From the NCBI RefSeq assembly GCF_001194135.2, contig NC_068984.1, positions 72,602,639 to 72,666,638 of the forward strand: a stretch of 64,000 bases of DNA, written 5' to 3'. Both the position numbers and the translations under genes were made by a program. The notes below the pieces were generated by a model that did no database searches, was not told the origin of the DNA, and saw only the letters and a program-made list of their open reading frames with translations. Positions 40,790 to 53,485 of this stretch are shown one piece after another (the stretch's first letter is position 1; the number at the start of each line of letters is the position of its first letter). Source of the DNA: Octopus bimaculoides (Eukaryota).

Positions 40790-41232
40790 CCCCTTAGCAC
40801 TTAAACCAGCCACACCCAGCCCAAATATTCTACCCATTTTATGTTCAAACCAATCAAATCTGACCTCTCACATCTACCCTACAATGTTATTCTTTAAATA
40901 AACAATCATCAACATCATCATTTAGCGTCTGCTTTTCCATGCTGGCATAGGTTAGACTGGAACTGGCAAGCAGGATAGCTACACCAAGCTCCAGCCTGAT
41001 TAGTTATGGTTTCTATGACTTGATGCTCTTCCTAATGCCAACCCCTCCAGGAGTCTAATGGGTGCTTTTTATGTCCTACCAGAATGGCTGCTGGCCACAA
41101 TTATGATTTCACTTGGCTTGATGAATCATATCTTTCAAAATCTCAAATGCTACAAAATAAATGCGTGATTAATTGAAAACAGAATGAATGAATAAGCATT
41201 GTATTTAACAAAGTAACCTGAATGCTAAAGGG
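40790..41232. mobile_element. piggyBac-like (TTAA-CCC...GGG) MITE with a nested RTE-tail insertion (~40910-41110); related copies at ~26190-26395 and ~29480-29680
   Basis: TTAA|CCCCTTAGCAC...TGCTAAAGGG ends; shared internal sequence tctcacatctaccctacaatg...taatgcatgattaatt in all three copies. Confidence 0.6.
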
Positions 41233-41476
41233 TCAGATTCCATTAGGTCAATTTTGTTTTTCAACCATGCCAAATTAAGTTCAGCTAGTGTAATGAAGAT
41301 AGCTTTATCAATTCTTTTACCACCACCACAAAAAGCTGGTCTGTGCTTATATTTGTAGGAATACAACTCAACACATGAAAGAATAAACAGCTCAGTAAGT
41401 ACAACTGAACAGTGTAGTTCAAATCACTGCTCCATATACAGTTGCAAGAGAAATANNNNNNNNNNTGATGATGATG

Positions 41477-41505
<29 letters not shown>

Positions 41506-41509
<4 letters not shown>

Positions 41510-44500
41510 GGCATTGCTAGGGTAAGTGGTGCCCAAGGCAAACATCAAAATTGCTCTGCACCTCAACCAAAAAGTGGAAACTCACATAGAAAAAAATAAC
41601 TGATTTTTAAAAATTGCAATAACATTTAATTAAAAACTGACGAAAGATTACAATTTTATCCTCCATACCTTTAAGGAAGCAAACTGATCAATAATTTGTC
41701 TAAAATCCTTTCTCTCAAATTCATGACTTCCCATGCTGAGAAGGGCGAGATAATTGAGTTGTTGCTGGCTCATGGAGGTTCTCATATACGAAAGTATTAA
41801 TTTCAGCTGGCTGAAAGACCTCTCACAGCTGGCAATTGAAACAAAAATTGTCAGCATGATTTGTAGGCTGATTCACAAATTTTGAAAAATGCATTCATCT
41901 CCAAATTGAACAATGAATTCAAGGAGGGCTTCTGGTCTTGTAATCATTTTGGCTGTCCAAGTGGTCAGCAATGCTCTACAATTCAGTATTTCTTTGAAAA
42001 GGTGCTCTCCATTAACATCAGAACTGCATATGCCAGCAAAGACAGTTGCACTTCTTAAAGGTAGAGTTGTCAGAAACAGTTGTGTAGCACAAGCTACGGA
42101 CATCGAGAAGAAAACCAAACAAAGTCAGTTTCGTTAAGGCGAGTGAACCATTCTTCCATTTCAGTTTGAAGACAATTAAGACCATCCTTCATTATTCTTT
42201 CCAACTCTATCCTCGTGGTTAGTTTAGCGTCCTTAATATTTTCACCAGTGGATTGACGTCTTTCTTGCCTTCTCTGAAAACCGACATTCCATTCCTGGCA
42301 CAGAGCAAAGCCATCTTCAAGGGACTCACAAATCAAAGATTCTCCATCTTCAAAATAAATTCAAAGAGACTTGATAGCAGCAGCAGCACTGTGAAGTTCA
42401 TACTGGACTCTCAAAGTCTCTTTTGCACCTGGTCAATGCAAGAGAGAGAGAATCTTGTTCCAGAATCCCTGCAAGTTCAAGAAATAGCGGAGCATCCAAT
42501 TATAGAAATTGCAAGCATTACTCCTGGTCTCAAGTCTCGGTTTCATCATCACTAATTTTTTTAGAAAACTTGAATTAGTGAGAGATAATTCGCCACTGGT
42601 CCAACTGCAGCACTTCTTGCACGCCAACATGTATTTGACAGATATTTGACTAAGAGTTTCCCAGCGCAATAGCGAGTCACTTGTGCTAAAGAAGTTGATC
42701 ATAACCATATTGTTTTTGGCTGCATGTAGACCTGCCAGATTGAGGGAATGATTGTCACAATTATCGAAGTGTACCAAGTTCTTTTTCTGAGTCTTTGTTG
42801 AACCCCACTTCGGTGCCAGCCATTATAGCAGCATTGTCATAGCATTGTGATCAGTAGTCTTGCAGTGTAAGTTCATCGGTATCTAACTGTCAAAATTGTT
42901 TCAACAAGGCTTGCAGAATCTATTTTGCTTATCTGGATGAATCCAAGAAAAGATTCCTTACAAAGTCTTATTGACATCAACGTCCACATATTGCACAACT
43001 TTTGACAATTGCATGATGCGCCTGGTCAAGGGTCGAATCAATCAGTAGACCGTAATTTCTTGCTTCACGGATAGGCTTCAGTAAATTCTGACAAACTGCA
43101 GAGGGCATGATGTAGATGAATTTGTTTTGTATTTCTGGCGAAAGATATGACATGGATCCAGGATGGTATTCTGTTTGAGGTGTTCTTCCATGACGGGGTC
43201 AAATGTGGCAAGCAATTTAAGCAATCCAATGAAATTTCCGTTTTTGAACTCATCCTTCAGCTGAATTGACTCTCCATGCCCCTTAGATCCAGATTGTGAG
43301 TTACTAGGAATTTAATACAGTGAAGGATTCTAGTTAAAATTTCATACCACTTCTGTCTTTCATTTTCAATTTGTAGCTGAACTTCCCTAACGATAAGCCC
43401 TTTATTTTCAGCGACATTTCCCTCCATTTCTTCCCACAGCATAAAGCACTTGCAATGATCCTTGGAATTTTTGTGAATATGCATTCTTTCTGGTGCTTTC
43501 CGGTGATTAACCTCACATTCTTGCTGTAATGAAGATTGATGCTCTGATCATGAAAAGAAAAGGCAACATATGCGGAATAGACTTTTTTTAAGGAAAGTAA
43601 GTCATTAACTTCCTCACCACGACCATTTCCAAGTTTTTTCTTGAACCAACAACTGTTCATTGTCCATTTATTAGTATGGTAAAAAGGCCCTTCACTATCC
43701 TGAAAATATTTTGGACCCAGTTTTAGTATCTCCATTCTCAGTGATTCACACATAACTGCTTTCCCAGTCCCCTTGTTGAACTTCAAAAGCTTGATACCAT
43801 GTTGTACAATAACGTCTGACATGTCAGTTGGAGGTTTCTCATTTCCATCAAATTTACTTAATTCAGCTGCAGAGTGAATTTTCAATCACATTTACATCAT
43901 CAGCAACACAACTGCATTCTTCCTCTGATAGAACCGTATAAACAATCTCTCTAGCAGCTTCACTTTCCACCTCTTCTGGTTTTGACTGACCTGACGTATA
44001 TTCATCACTGTCATGATGTATTGCATTCAAAACTGCTTCAAATGCCTGTAACAGGTTCAGCCAACTTTGTTGTGCTGTTTGTCGAACAACAAGGTCCATT
44101 CCTAGCAAAATAGGACAATAGCATCTAGCTTTACTTCTGCCTCCAATTTTTGCCTGTTCTGTCCTTTGGCTCCACTTACCTTTTTCCCAAACATACGTTT
44201 GTTATGAAGGAAGAAAACGACAAGGTTTAATGCATATACGCTCATGATTATGAGATTGGAAGGCTACAATGGATATTACAATGTAACTTCATTATTCAGG
44301 CTGACACCAGTAATCTAACTTGTTCAAACAATTTCAAAGAAGACAAGTATATTTTCGTATAAAGTTTATTGTAGAAAAGATTTTCAGTACAAAAATAAGC
44401 AAGCAAAACTTGAATCAGAACTTTACAATCACACTAAAATTTGCTAGGAAATGAAAATCATGACTTCAGTGTAAGCCAAGCCTACATTTTGTCTCATATA

Positions 44501-45104
44501 TGGTAAAATTGACTTGTGTTTGTGTAATAATTCACACTGGTTTCCGAAAAAGTGTGCCAGACTCAAACCCAGGGAGAGAGAGAGGGAGGGGACATCTTGT
44601 TTATCAGTTACCAGACAAAGTGTGATTTCATTCCTTTTACTCTTGTTGCTACTTATCCACATTCTACTAAAAATGACTGCTAATTTTATACGATTGACTA
44701 CATTTGTTCTGCAAACCAGACTTCTCTTATAACTGGGTGCTTCTGGAAGGGGGTCTACAGTCTTTAATAGTCAACCAGTTCTAGAAATACTGGTCCAACA
44801 ACAATGAGATAATATTGTTAGAAAAACAGAACAAAATAACTGTGTAGCACACAAAAGCACATTTTCATGAATTCAAACAGAGTAAACTAGTCGGTGGGGA
44901 TAGGGGGGTGGGGGTCAGCATATGCATTTTGTGAGGTCAAGTAAGAAAACCTATTCCGTCTAGTGGCATGGATGGCAAAATCTGAAAAGGCTTTAAATTG
45001 TTTTTAATGGCTTAATTAGATAATGATCTTGGCCAAAATTGCACCCCAATCAGAATGGAATCCAAGACAAGTGCCTTGCTTGCCCCACCCTAGCTATGCC
45101 CCTG
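41506..45104 (-). mobile_element. Full-length decayed hAT DNA transposon (ZMYM1-like/TTF-zinc-finger type) in geminin intron 2
   Basis: 18-bp TIRs CAGGGGCA(T/A)...GCTAGGGT at 41506-41523 and 45087-45104 with one mismatch; transposase remnants inside; no 8-bp TSD recognisable. Confidence 0.9.
41648..44194 (-). pseudogene. hAT transposase pseudogene (many stops and frameshifts)
   Basis: N-terminus MFGKKVSGAKGQNRQK; C-terminal hAT dimerisation motif SIASCERSFSQLKLILSYMRTSMSQQQLNYLALLSM; intermediate fragments LGPKYFQ..GPF and KFLVTHNL..RG. Confidence 0.88.
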
Positions 45105-45819
45105 TATATGTGTGTGTAGCTGAAAGAAGATTCAAATCAAGTAGGTTCATTAACCCTTGATAAAACAAGCTTATAAAGTAGAGCCCTATATAACCTAAAC
45201 AGATGTTATACCCAAATATACTTACTGTATATAATAATTACCTCTGAATAACAGTTCCAGAAAAAGCAACCAGTCTTATAAACACAAGGGTACGGTTTGA
45301 ATAAGCTGTATATAGTGGTTCAAGAAAAAGGATCTGCTAAACTTTAATAAGTCATAAGATGACAGATCTTTAGGTCTCACACTGATGACATACAAATTAA
45401 AGCTACAAGAAAATGCATAAGATCAGAAATTCTTTCAGATTCAGCAGCTGCTAAGGAACAAGAAAACTGAATGATTTAATAAAACCAGGTATATTTTCCC
45501 TATTTAACCAATCAGGGACTTCATATGCAATTTGGACATTTAAAAAAATTTGGGGATTTGACTGATCCAATGCAGTATCTTCTAAGTTGGTCACTAAAGG
45601 ATTAAGCCCTTCAAACCGACCACCTGCTAACCTGCTCAAGCATCATATGCATATTATTGCTTACTTTAAATCAGCCCTATGACAACTGTCTTTTTCTCAG
45701 GAATCATATATACAGACTACAAAATCCAATGCAACATTTTTAAGATAGTAGGGTGATTTGGATGAGATTTACTTGTTTGAGCAACCTAGTATAAGCTCTC
45801 AAATTGGCTCATTTGCAGA

Positions 45820-46150
45820 TTGCTGAGACCCCCTTCAGTCATGAAGGGCCATGGGATTGCACCTAGAAAGTTACCCTCCTAGGCACAAGTTCGGGCAAGG
45901 TTGTTTATGGAAGACCAGCAGTCACCCATGCATACCAGCCTCCCCTCTACATGCCACCAGTGTTATCTAAAGCAAAGGCCGATACAGCTTGGCACCAGTG
46001 ACGTCGCAACTCATTTCTACAGCTGAGTGAACTGGAGCAACATGAAATAAAGTGTCTTGGTCAAGAACACAACACGCTGCCCGGTCCGGGATTCACACTC
46101 ACAACCTCACGATCGTAAGCTCAACACTCTTAACCACTGAGCCATGCACC
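45820..46150 (-). mobile_element. tRNA-derived SINE with Deu/Nin-like domain
   Basis: Complement of gttcactcagctgtagaaatgagt plus a tRNA-like head near 46080-46150. Confidence 0.6.
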
Positions 46151-48057
46151 TTTGCAGATTACAGATCTAGTTAACCTATGACAAGTAAGCAATATGGATA
46201 TCTGATATCAAAATGTATGTGGGGGTGGTTCCTTTCATGGCAAGGTTTCACATGTTATATTATGTAACTGTGTTACAACAGAGGATGAGAGTGAATATTA
46301 TTTTCTAACTAAACAAAACAGCCCTGCAGTCAAAGGGAGACGTAAGGAACATTGAACATGGGAAAAATTTGGCTCCAACATACAATGTGATAGCAGCCAG
46401 TTATCCTCTTACAAGAAATACTTCATGATGCAGTCTTTGACAAACTATATCTGTGAAACAAAATGGTGTTTAAATTGAGATCAGCTCTCATCAAGGACTT
46501 AAAGGCATTCCAGCCATGACCATCATGTCTTTCCCATGAGAACAGGCAACCCAAGACCACATTATCTAAAGTCTCCTTTTGTACAAGAGATTTAGCTACT
46601 ATTTCTGTTAAGTCAAGCAACTACATAGTGACTTTTCATTAAATCAGGGCCAGTAACAAGTGGTGGATGGGTGAATGAACAGAACATTTGACAAAATGTC
46701 TTACATTGCTATTACATGCCTTTGTTTCAAGTTCAAATTGCAGAAGTCCATTTCAAACCTTGATTCTTTCAGACTTGATAAAATAGGTATTAGTAAAACA
46801 CTGAAAGTGGTCTAATACTGTTCCAGTGTTAAAAATCATAATTTAAGGATTGGCTAAAATAACAACATGCTAAGCATGAGATTTCAGAATTGGAGAGTCA
46901 AGATTCAAATGAAAATGTTTAATCAATTGAAACATTTGCATTAGGTTAGCTAGATTCATTTTCCTCAATATAAATTTAAGCATTCTTTTATTTTTTCCCT
47001 CTACTTATTTCAGTCATTTGACTGTGGCCATGCTGGAGCACCACCTTTAGTTGAGCAAATCGACCCCAGGACTTTTTTTTGTAAGCCTAGTACTTATTCT
47101 ATCGGTCTCTTTTGCCGAACTGCTAAGTTACGGGGACATAAACACACCAGCATTGGTTGTCAAGCAATGTTGGAGTGACAAACACAGACACACAAACACA
47201 TATATACCACGGGCTTCTTTCACTTTCCGTCAACCAAATCCACTCACAAGGCTTTGGTCGGCCTGAGGCTATAGTAGAAGACACTTGCCCAAGGTACCAC
47301 GCAGTGGGACTGAACCCGGAACAATGTGGTTGGTAAGCAAGCTACTTACCACAGCCACTCCTGTGCCTGCATGTTAATATTAAATTAAAATAAGGCCATG
47401 ATGTAATAATGTTATATACAAAACTGCTTTTATGAGGAGAGAAAAAATTAGAAAGGCTATCTCAAAGATCTGCAGCAGGACTTTCAAGGTATGGAGAAAT
47501 GGAAGAAACCAATTATCATGGAAGCAGTTCAAGATGATGTATTATCAGACTGGATTCAAATGCTAGCAAGTGAGCACACTAAAGACACAATGTCTAGACA
47601 GTGGCCAAAACCGGACAACAGATTAGATTTAGCATTTTGGTACTATGAATAGAGTATGAACTTTTACATTGGCTGTCTTTACATATTTATATTTAGTAAT
47701 AATGTTAATGTAAGACAGTGAAACAGATTGTCACATAGTTAGACTGAGGAAAACAATTAGGCAGAGAGCAACAAAAGACTAATGGTAGCCTGAAGAGACA
47801 TGTTATGCAGCTAATTGAAGCATCAAGGGGAATAATTGCATTAAAAATTTTAAAAAAGACCCAGACACCAGTTACCCTATAATCCTTATTCCCAGAACTG
47901 AGCAAGGAATTAACATTATAAAGAGGATTGTGACAAAAACAATCTTTGTTAATTGTGTTACATCCACGACTTACAACAATGGTTCTCAAGGATTTTTGCC
48001 CTCTGATTTTACTTGGGTGGCTCCTCATAACAATTCAATGCCCAAAAAAATTCTACT

Positions 48058-48680
48058 GTATCCTTAGGTCCAGGAAGACCTGGGATGAGGTGGTGAGGCA
48101 CAACCTCCGAACATTGGGCCTCACTGAGGCGATGACTTCTGACCAAGACCTTTGGAAATACGCTGTGCATGAGAAGAGCCGGCAAGCCAAGCGAGATGTA
48201 AATCCAAGGCCTCTGCCAGGGGTGTAGCCAGCTCACTTATGGGTACCTTCCTTCATTGGACACTAAACTTCGCTTGCGAAGACTTGTTGAGACAAGTGAA
48301 ATCGGAATCAAACTAAATTCGACGACTGGCACCCATGCCAACGTCGTCTCCTCCATTGGACACGAAACTCGGCTTGTGAAGACCTGTTGGGGCAAGCGAA
48401 AGCGTGACTGCATCTGTGCTCAGCGTCGCCTTCCTGGCACGTGTAAAGACATTCGAGCGAGATCATTGCCAGTGCCGCTGGACTGGCTCCTGTGCAGGTG
48501 GCATGTAAAAGCACCCACTACACTCTCGGAGTGGTTGGCATTAGGAAGGGCATCCAGCTGTAGAAACTCTGCCAGATCAGATCGGAGCCTGGTGTGGCCA
48601 TCTGGTTCACCAGTCCTCAGTCAAATCGTCCAACCCATGCTAGCATGGAAAGCGGACGTTAAACGATGATGATGATGATT
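48058..48680 (+). mobile_element. RTE-clade LINE 3' end with (GAT)n tail; young, CpG-retaining
   Basis: RKTWDEVVRHNLRTLGLTEAMTSDQDLWKYAV, then a 3'UTR ending gcatggaaagcggacgttaaacgatgatgatg. Confidence 0.85.
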
Positions 48681-49559
48681 AAGAATTGTTAAAATATTGT
48701 GTGACAATAAAATCTTGTAAGGATATCTAAGGGCCATATGGACCTCAGTTGAGAACTACTGACATATAACAAGGGTGTAACTAGTTGTCAGAGTAAATAC
48801 TTTGATAACCAAATGCTTTCTCACTAATCACCATGAAACGGTGACAGTAATATTAATGTCCATACGGGCAATAATCCTGCCCTTTAGTATCAATCATTGT
48901 GCCTCAACATTTACCATCCATGTCTTTCCTATTAAAACTGCAGTGGATAGGAGAATGTGCTAAACCAATACAGATAGCTTTTGATTTCAAAGCTTTTACA
49001 TTACGAGAACATTTTGTTGCCAAAAGTTTTATAGTATGAGGAACTTGCATGTAGCTCTGATGCTATGTTGGCAACCCCTAGCTAAGTATCTTCATATCTG
49101 TTACAATTCAACAGAATGGTTCTTTAAATTGTAATACATAGCATCTTAGCTTGCTTTCCTTTGCTGCTTGTTTGAAAACATTTGTGTTACAAGTTCTCAA
49201 TTAAGAGATAATTAGGAACAAATAAACTGCAAGTTGAAAGTTACCTATAATTCTGCTGCCTACCCCCCTCATCAACACATTAAACAGGTCTATGACTAAA
49301 AGGCATTCCAGCCTTGATCATTCAACTATTTTAGGGATATCAAGAGCTTTCTCTAACTAGATCTTGTTTCTGTTTGGAATGGTGGATGCTGTGTACAGAA
49401 AGCAGAGAACACATTTAACATATCTGCAGGCTGTTCAGTAGAAGAGTAAAAATCCCACGAATGTCATTTTGTCTTTTCATCTGCCTAAAAATTTAAAATT
49501 ATACTAAATACCATGTATCATTTGCAGTTCTATCATTTGTTACTTGCAGTCTATGAAAA

Positions 49560-50380
49560 TTATAGACTACAGAAACCAAGTTAACTGAAGACCAAGGTAG
49601 CAGATAAATTTGGATGTTCAAAGGTTTGGGGTAATCCACTTTGGTTGGAGAGGTTGTCATGTTCCTAGATAAATTTTATTAGGAGTTACTGTTCTAGAAA
49701 AGACAATGCCACATCTTCATTGAACATTATCTTTCTGGTACAGGTTCTATGACTAGATGCCCCACCTAACATCAGCCTATTTATAGAGTGTATTGTGTGC
49801 ATTTCATCATGCACAAGCACCAGTGAAATTGTCCTGTGCACCACAATAACCTAAGGCATCTCTACTCATCCAAAGCAATATGCCTAAGAGAGTAAATAGA
49901 GAGAAGTGTTAAAGTGAGCAGGTTGAAGGAACCAGAAGTAGGACAGGAGAAATCAAGGATTATAATAGAAGACAGGGACAGTAATGGCAGATTGTAATGG
50001 GAGAGAGATAGTAACAGTAGAGGGAGGTAGGAGTGAGTTGATAACAGTAGAGGCAATGAGAACCAGATTAGATAACAGAAGAGTTTAATGAAAGAGACAG
50101 TGGTGGCAGCTATGTGTCTGTGTAATAAAGATTGAGTGGCAGGTAATAAGGATGAGAAATGGAAAGACTAAGCAATGGGCGACTGTGCAACCCGGAGCAT
50201 AGAGAGTGATGGCATGTAAGACAAAAACACTGACAGAGAGGAATGCAAGCAGAACTATACAAGTATTCTTGATAAGAGAGAGAGAGGTAGAGTGATAGGG
50301 GAGGTGGGACAGGTAGGGGTACTGAAGAAGAGCAAGTTTAGTGTAATTGTGCATCACTCAGGGACTTGATGCAATAAAAT
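49560..50380 (-). mobile_element. Decayed Penelope-like remnant in geminin intron 2
   Basis: Same composition and fragmentary motifs (TVAH..F, ILDFS..TSGSFN) as the other Penelope remnants. Confidence 0.4.
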
Positions 50381-50469
50381 GAAGAAGGGTGCCTCTACAT
50401 TTTCTGTCAACAAAGAGTTTTTTTTTTTTACAGCAATTTTAACCATATTTAGAATTTAATGAACATTAC

Positions 50470-50559
50470 CTTGGTAGGAATTAATCCACTTTTGCCCACT
50501 AGATGTGTGGAACCAACTGTTGCACATGGCTGGAGTTCCTGCAAAGAATCTCTCTTATT
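50470..50559 (-). CDS. GMNN: Geminin coding exon 2, destruction box (NKRDSLQELQPCATVGSTHLVGKSGLIPTK)
   Basis: Acceptor ttctctgttctttgcag|, donor AAG|gtaatg, 90 nt. RDSL..Q..A....LVG resembles human RRTLKMIQPSASGSLVG. Confidence 0.88.
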
Positions 50560-52801
50560 CTGCAAAGAACAGAGAATGGCTGAGTGGTAGGAAAAGGTAA
50601 ATGTAATAACTATTAAGTTCCTAACAAAAAATTGTATATGTCAAAAGACAAGACTTGTAATGATTTGAGCAGAAAATATCCAAAACCAGTGTCTTTATAC
50701 AACTATTTGGAGCATCTTTGTTTTAATACATTGGCTGTAATGCAACTCTTAGTTTCAATTTTTTTTCTTTAATATATGTAGCCATTTGGACTTAAAATAA
50801 TGTTGCACATGTATAAAGTTTAAAAAATGGAGAATAAAGATGTTAATAATGAATTAAATGCAATTACTATCAGTAATGATCATACATGTACTGCAAAAAA
50901 AAAGTCGTCCCACCTGTCCCATGCAGTTTAATATAAATTTGCAGGTAACAAAAAAGTAGTTTTGACTATTTTAACACAAAAACAGTTCACTTTCATCCTG
51001 TAGTCCTATGATTTATATCAAGAGATCGACCCATCGTCCATTAGGAACCTTCCTCCCAATTTTTTTGGCTTATAACCCAAATTACCTGAAAACATGTGTC
51101 AGCATAGGAAACGGATGTTAAATGATGACCTTGTCATATTTAAATGAGATTAATGCATATGTTGCTATGCCATGATAGCACAAGTACGTTACATTGCTGT
51201 TTGACTCGGATAGTGTCAATGAGGACCTGCAGAACTGATATACACTTGTATGCACATGTTGGGCTTTCAGTTTCCTTTTCCCAATTCCATTCAAAATGTG
51301 CTTGCATTAAGATATAGACAGCAAAACCAAGCCCCAAAATATGAAGCTGTGAAGTGAATTTCATAGCCACACAGCTATGCCTGCCCCTATAATACATGCA
51401 CACATCCTCTCATAATTCTATACTGATGGTCAGGTTTGCTCCCTTCTTAGAGACTACAATGATGTGGTAGGCCAATATCAGGGACTATTTTGTCAACACA
51501 CAGATTGTATTAAAAAAAAAAAAATACTTGATTGAAATGGCATGAAGTGTATCACCAACACAACTCGGTTCTTTTCAAGACGGCATAGCAATTCTCATCA
51601 CAGTAAAAATGGTGAGTTTTCTGAAAATTCAGGTTGAAAATGAGGACCAAGTTCGAGTATTTGAAAATTGACAAAACTACTCGGAAACGAATAGAACACT
51701 TTCGTTACTCAATAGTTTCGTTCTTCAATAATTTTCGTTTGCACTTCGTCATTTATATTCAACTTATCAATATGATCTTCTATGATGTGTTAATGTAAGA
51801 AACTGAGATACCATTGTATAAAACTGATACGACCGTCTCTGTACAAGTCCTTCACAGGAGGTCAATGGAGTTTCAAGTTTCCATAACAACATCAATTGCA
51901 TAAGTTCTGCATTAGCATTTCCTCACTACACACAAACAATATCTAGTTCTAGAAATTACATTACATTCCAATAGAAATTCAATGACATTAGCAAGATTGA
52001 TATTATTCATTGTAAAAGTGACATTCAAAGGCATGATTAAGCAATTTAAGAAGTTTACGTGTATCGGACTACAATAAATAACGAAAGTATTCAATAACGA
52101 ACACATTAACAAACAGAAGCATATAATAATGCCTCACAAGCAGAACTATTCAAATGAAAATGATTTTTCACTTTCTACGTATCAGTTCCTAAAGTTTTTT
52201 TGTTTTTTTTTTCTGAAATGGCATTCTTAAAACACGAGTACAAGAATACATGCTGTTTACATATTCACGTGAAAGGATACTAATTAAAAGCACGCCACAC
52301 ATTCTCTCCTAGCTAACAATTAAGTCTATTTCAAGACAAATTTCTAAAAATCTCGTCCGATGAAAGCGGTTTCGAAAAATGGTTGACGGATTTTAGGAAT
52401 AGCTGTCACGAATAAAATGGATTTTCTTTATAGAAAAAGCACAATTTAAAATTTTTCTAGACATTCTGGGATTTCACGTGTAACATAAATAATACTTCAT
52501 GAGCCAATGAGGGAGCCAGTGAAAACTAAAATTAAACCGACTTATTAAGTTTTAAAATATGATTAATGAACACCATACTTAGGAATTTTTGTAGATATTC
52601 GCGGATTCCAGCATGTCAATTCAATGTAGTCACATTTTGTAAAGGTATTGTTTACGTACATATCCAAAAACTTTACAATAGAACACTGACAAAATAATTT
52701 ATCCTAATATCAACGACATAATGAATTATAAAAAAAAGATTAAATTATCAGAACTAATAATACATTAATCCAGTATCAGAAATTCTTTCGCTTAGTGGTA
52801 G

Positions 52802-53163
52802 CTACAGCACACCTATACAAGTGTGTCCCCGACTTAGTTTCCTAAGAACGTTCAGAAAAATAGGTAAGTTTTGATGAACTTTTTCAACCTTTCACATGGT
52901 TTAACATTACGATTATATCGGAATTCAATGTGGAAAAAAAAAAAAGAATTAGGAGCAGATACAGATCCATACTGACACATTATGTCTATATAACTACGAA
53001 ATGAAACTAGAAATTCTGAAAAAATAAAATATTTGTGAGTATTTAATTTTGTTTTCCACATTAAATTCCAATACAGCACCTGAAAGGTATTTGTAAAAAA
53101 AATTCATTAGAACACAATTTTGCATGAAAGTTGGTGGGGTACAATTGTGTAGGTATGCCGTAA
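52802..53163. mobile_element. Degenerate foldback/MITE in geminin intron 1; related sequence at ~55440-55800
   Basis: The ends are imperfect inverted repeats (ctacagcacacctatacaag vs reverse complement ttacggcatacctacacaat); internal cctttca..ttatat..gaatt(c/t)aatgtggaaaa is also inverted and recurs at 55740-55800. Confidence 0.5.
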
Positions 53164-53367
53164 TTATATATGCTACATTTTCGGAGGAACAACGGCGAAA
53201 TAAAACTTAGATTTGTTTCGACCAAAGATTAGTCCAGGCCATGTCTAACTTGATAATATATTATTTAAATCATAAGTTAGTAAACAGTACTTGTACAAGC
53301 ATTAACTCTATAATATGTGTCACTGTATTTAATGTTAGGATAAGTAGAAACAAATGTAATAACTAAC

Positions 53368-53391
53368 CGACAACTGGCATTTCTTTCCCAT
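53368..53391 (-). CDS. GMNN: Geminin coding exon 1 (MGKKCQLS)
   Basis: ACC-ATG-G Kozak context at 53391; phase-0 donor TCG|gttagt at 53367; lies just downstream of the E2F/CCAAT cluster. Too short to confirm by homology. Confidence 0.7.
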
Positions 53392-53485
53392 GGTTTGATA
53401 TAAGTATACAACTGAGGCAGCAGAAGTAAATACAAATGGCGAACAGCTGATTACTGCTTCTCTTCCAAACTTTACTTCCTCCAAA

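Noticed and set aside
45400-45640. Strong acceptor near 45452 and a 62-aa open frame
   Set aside because: Not needed for the geminin frame; no similarity recognised and no clean donor.
51608-51618. AAAATG|gtgagt on the + strand as a first exon
   Set aside because: Lies antisense within geminin intron 1; no compatible downstream exon or promoter was found.
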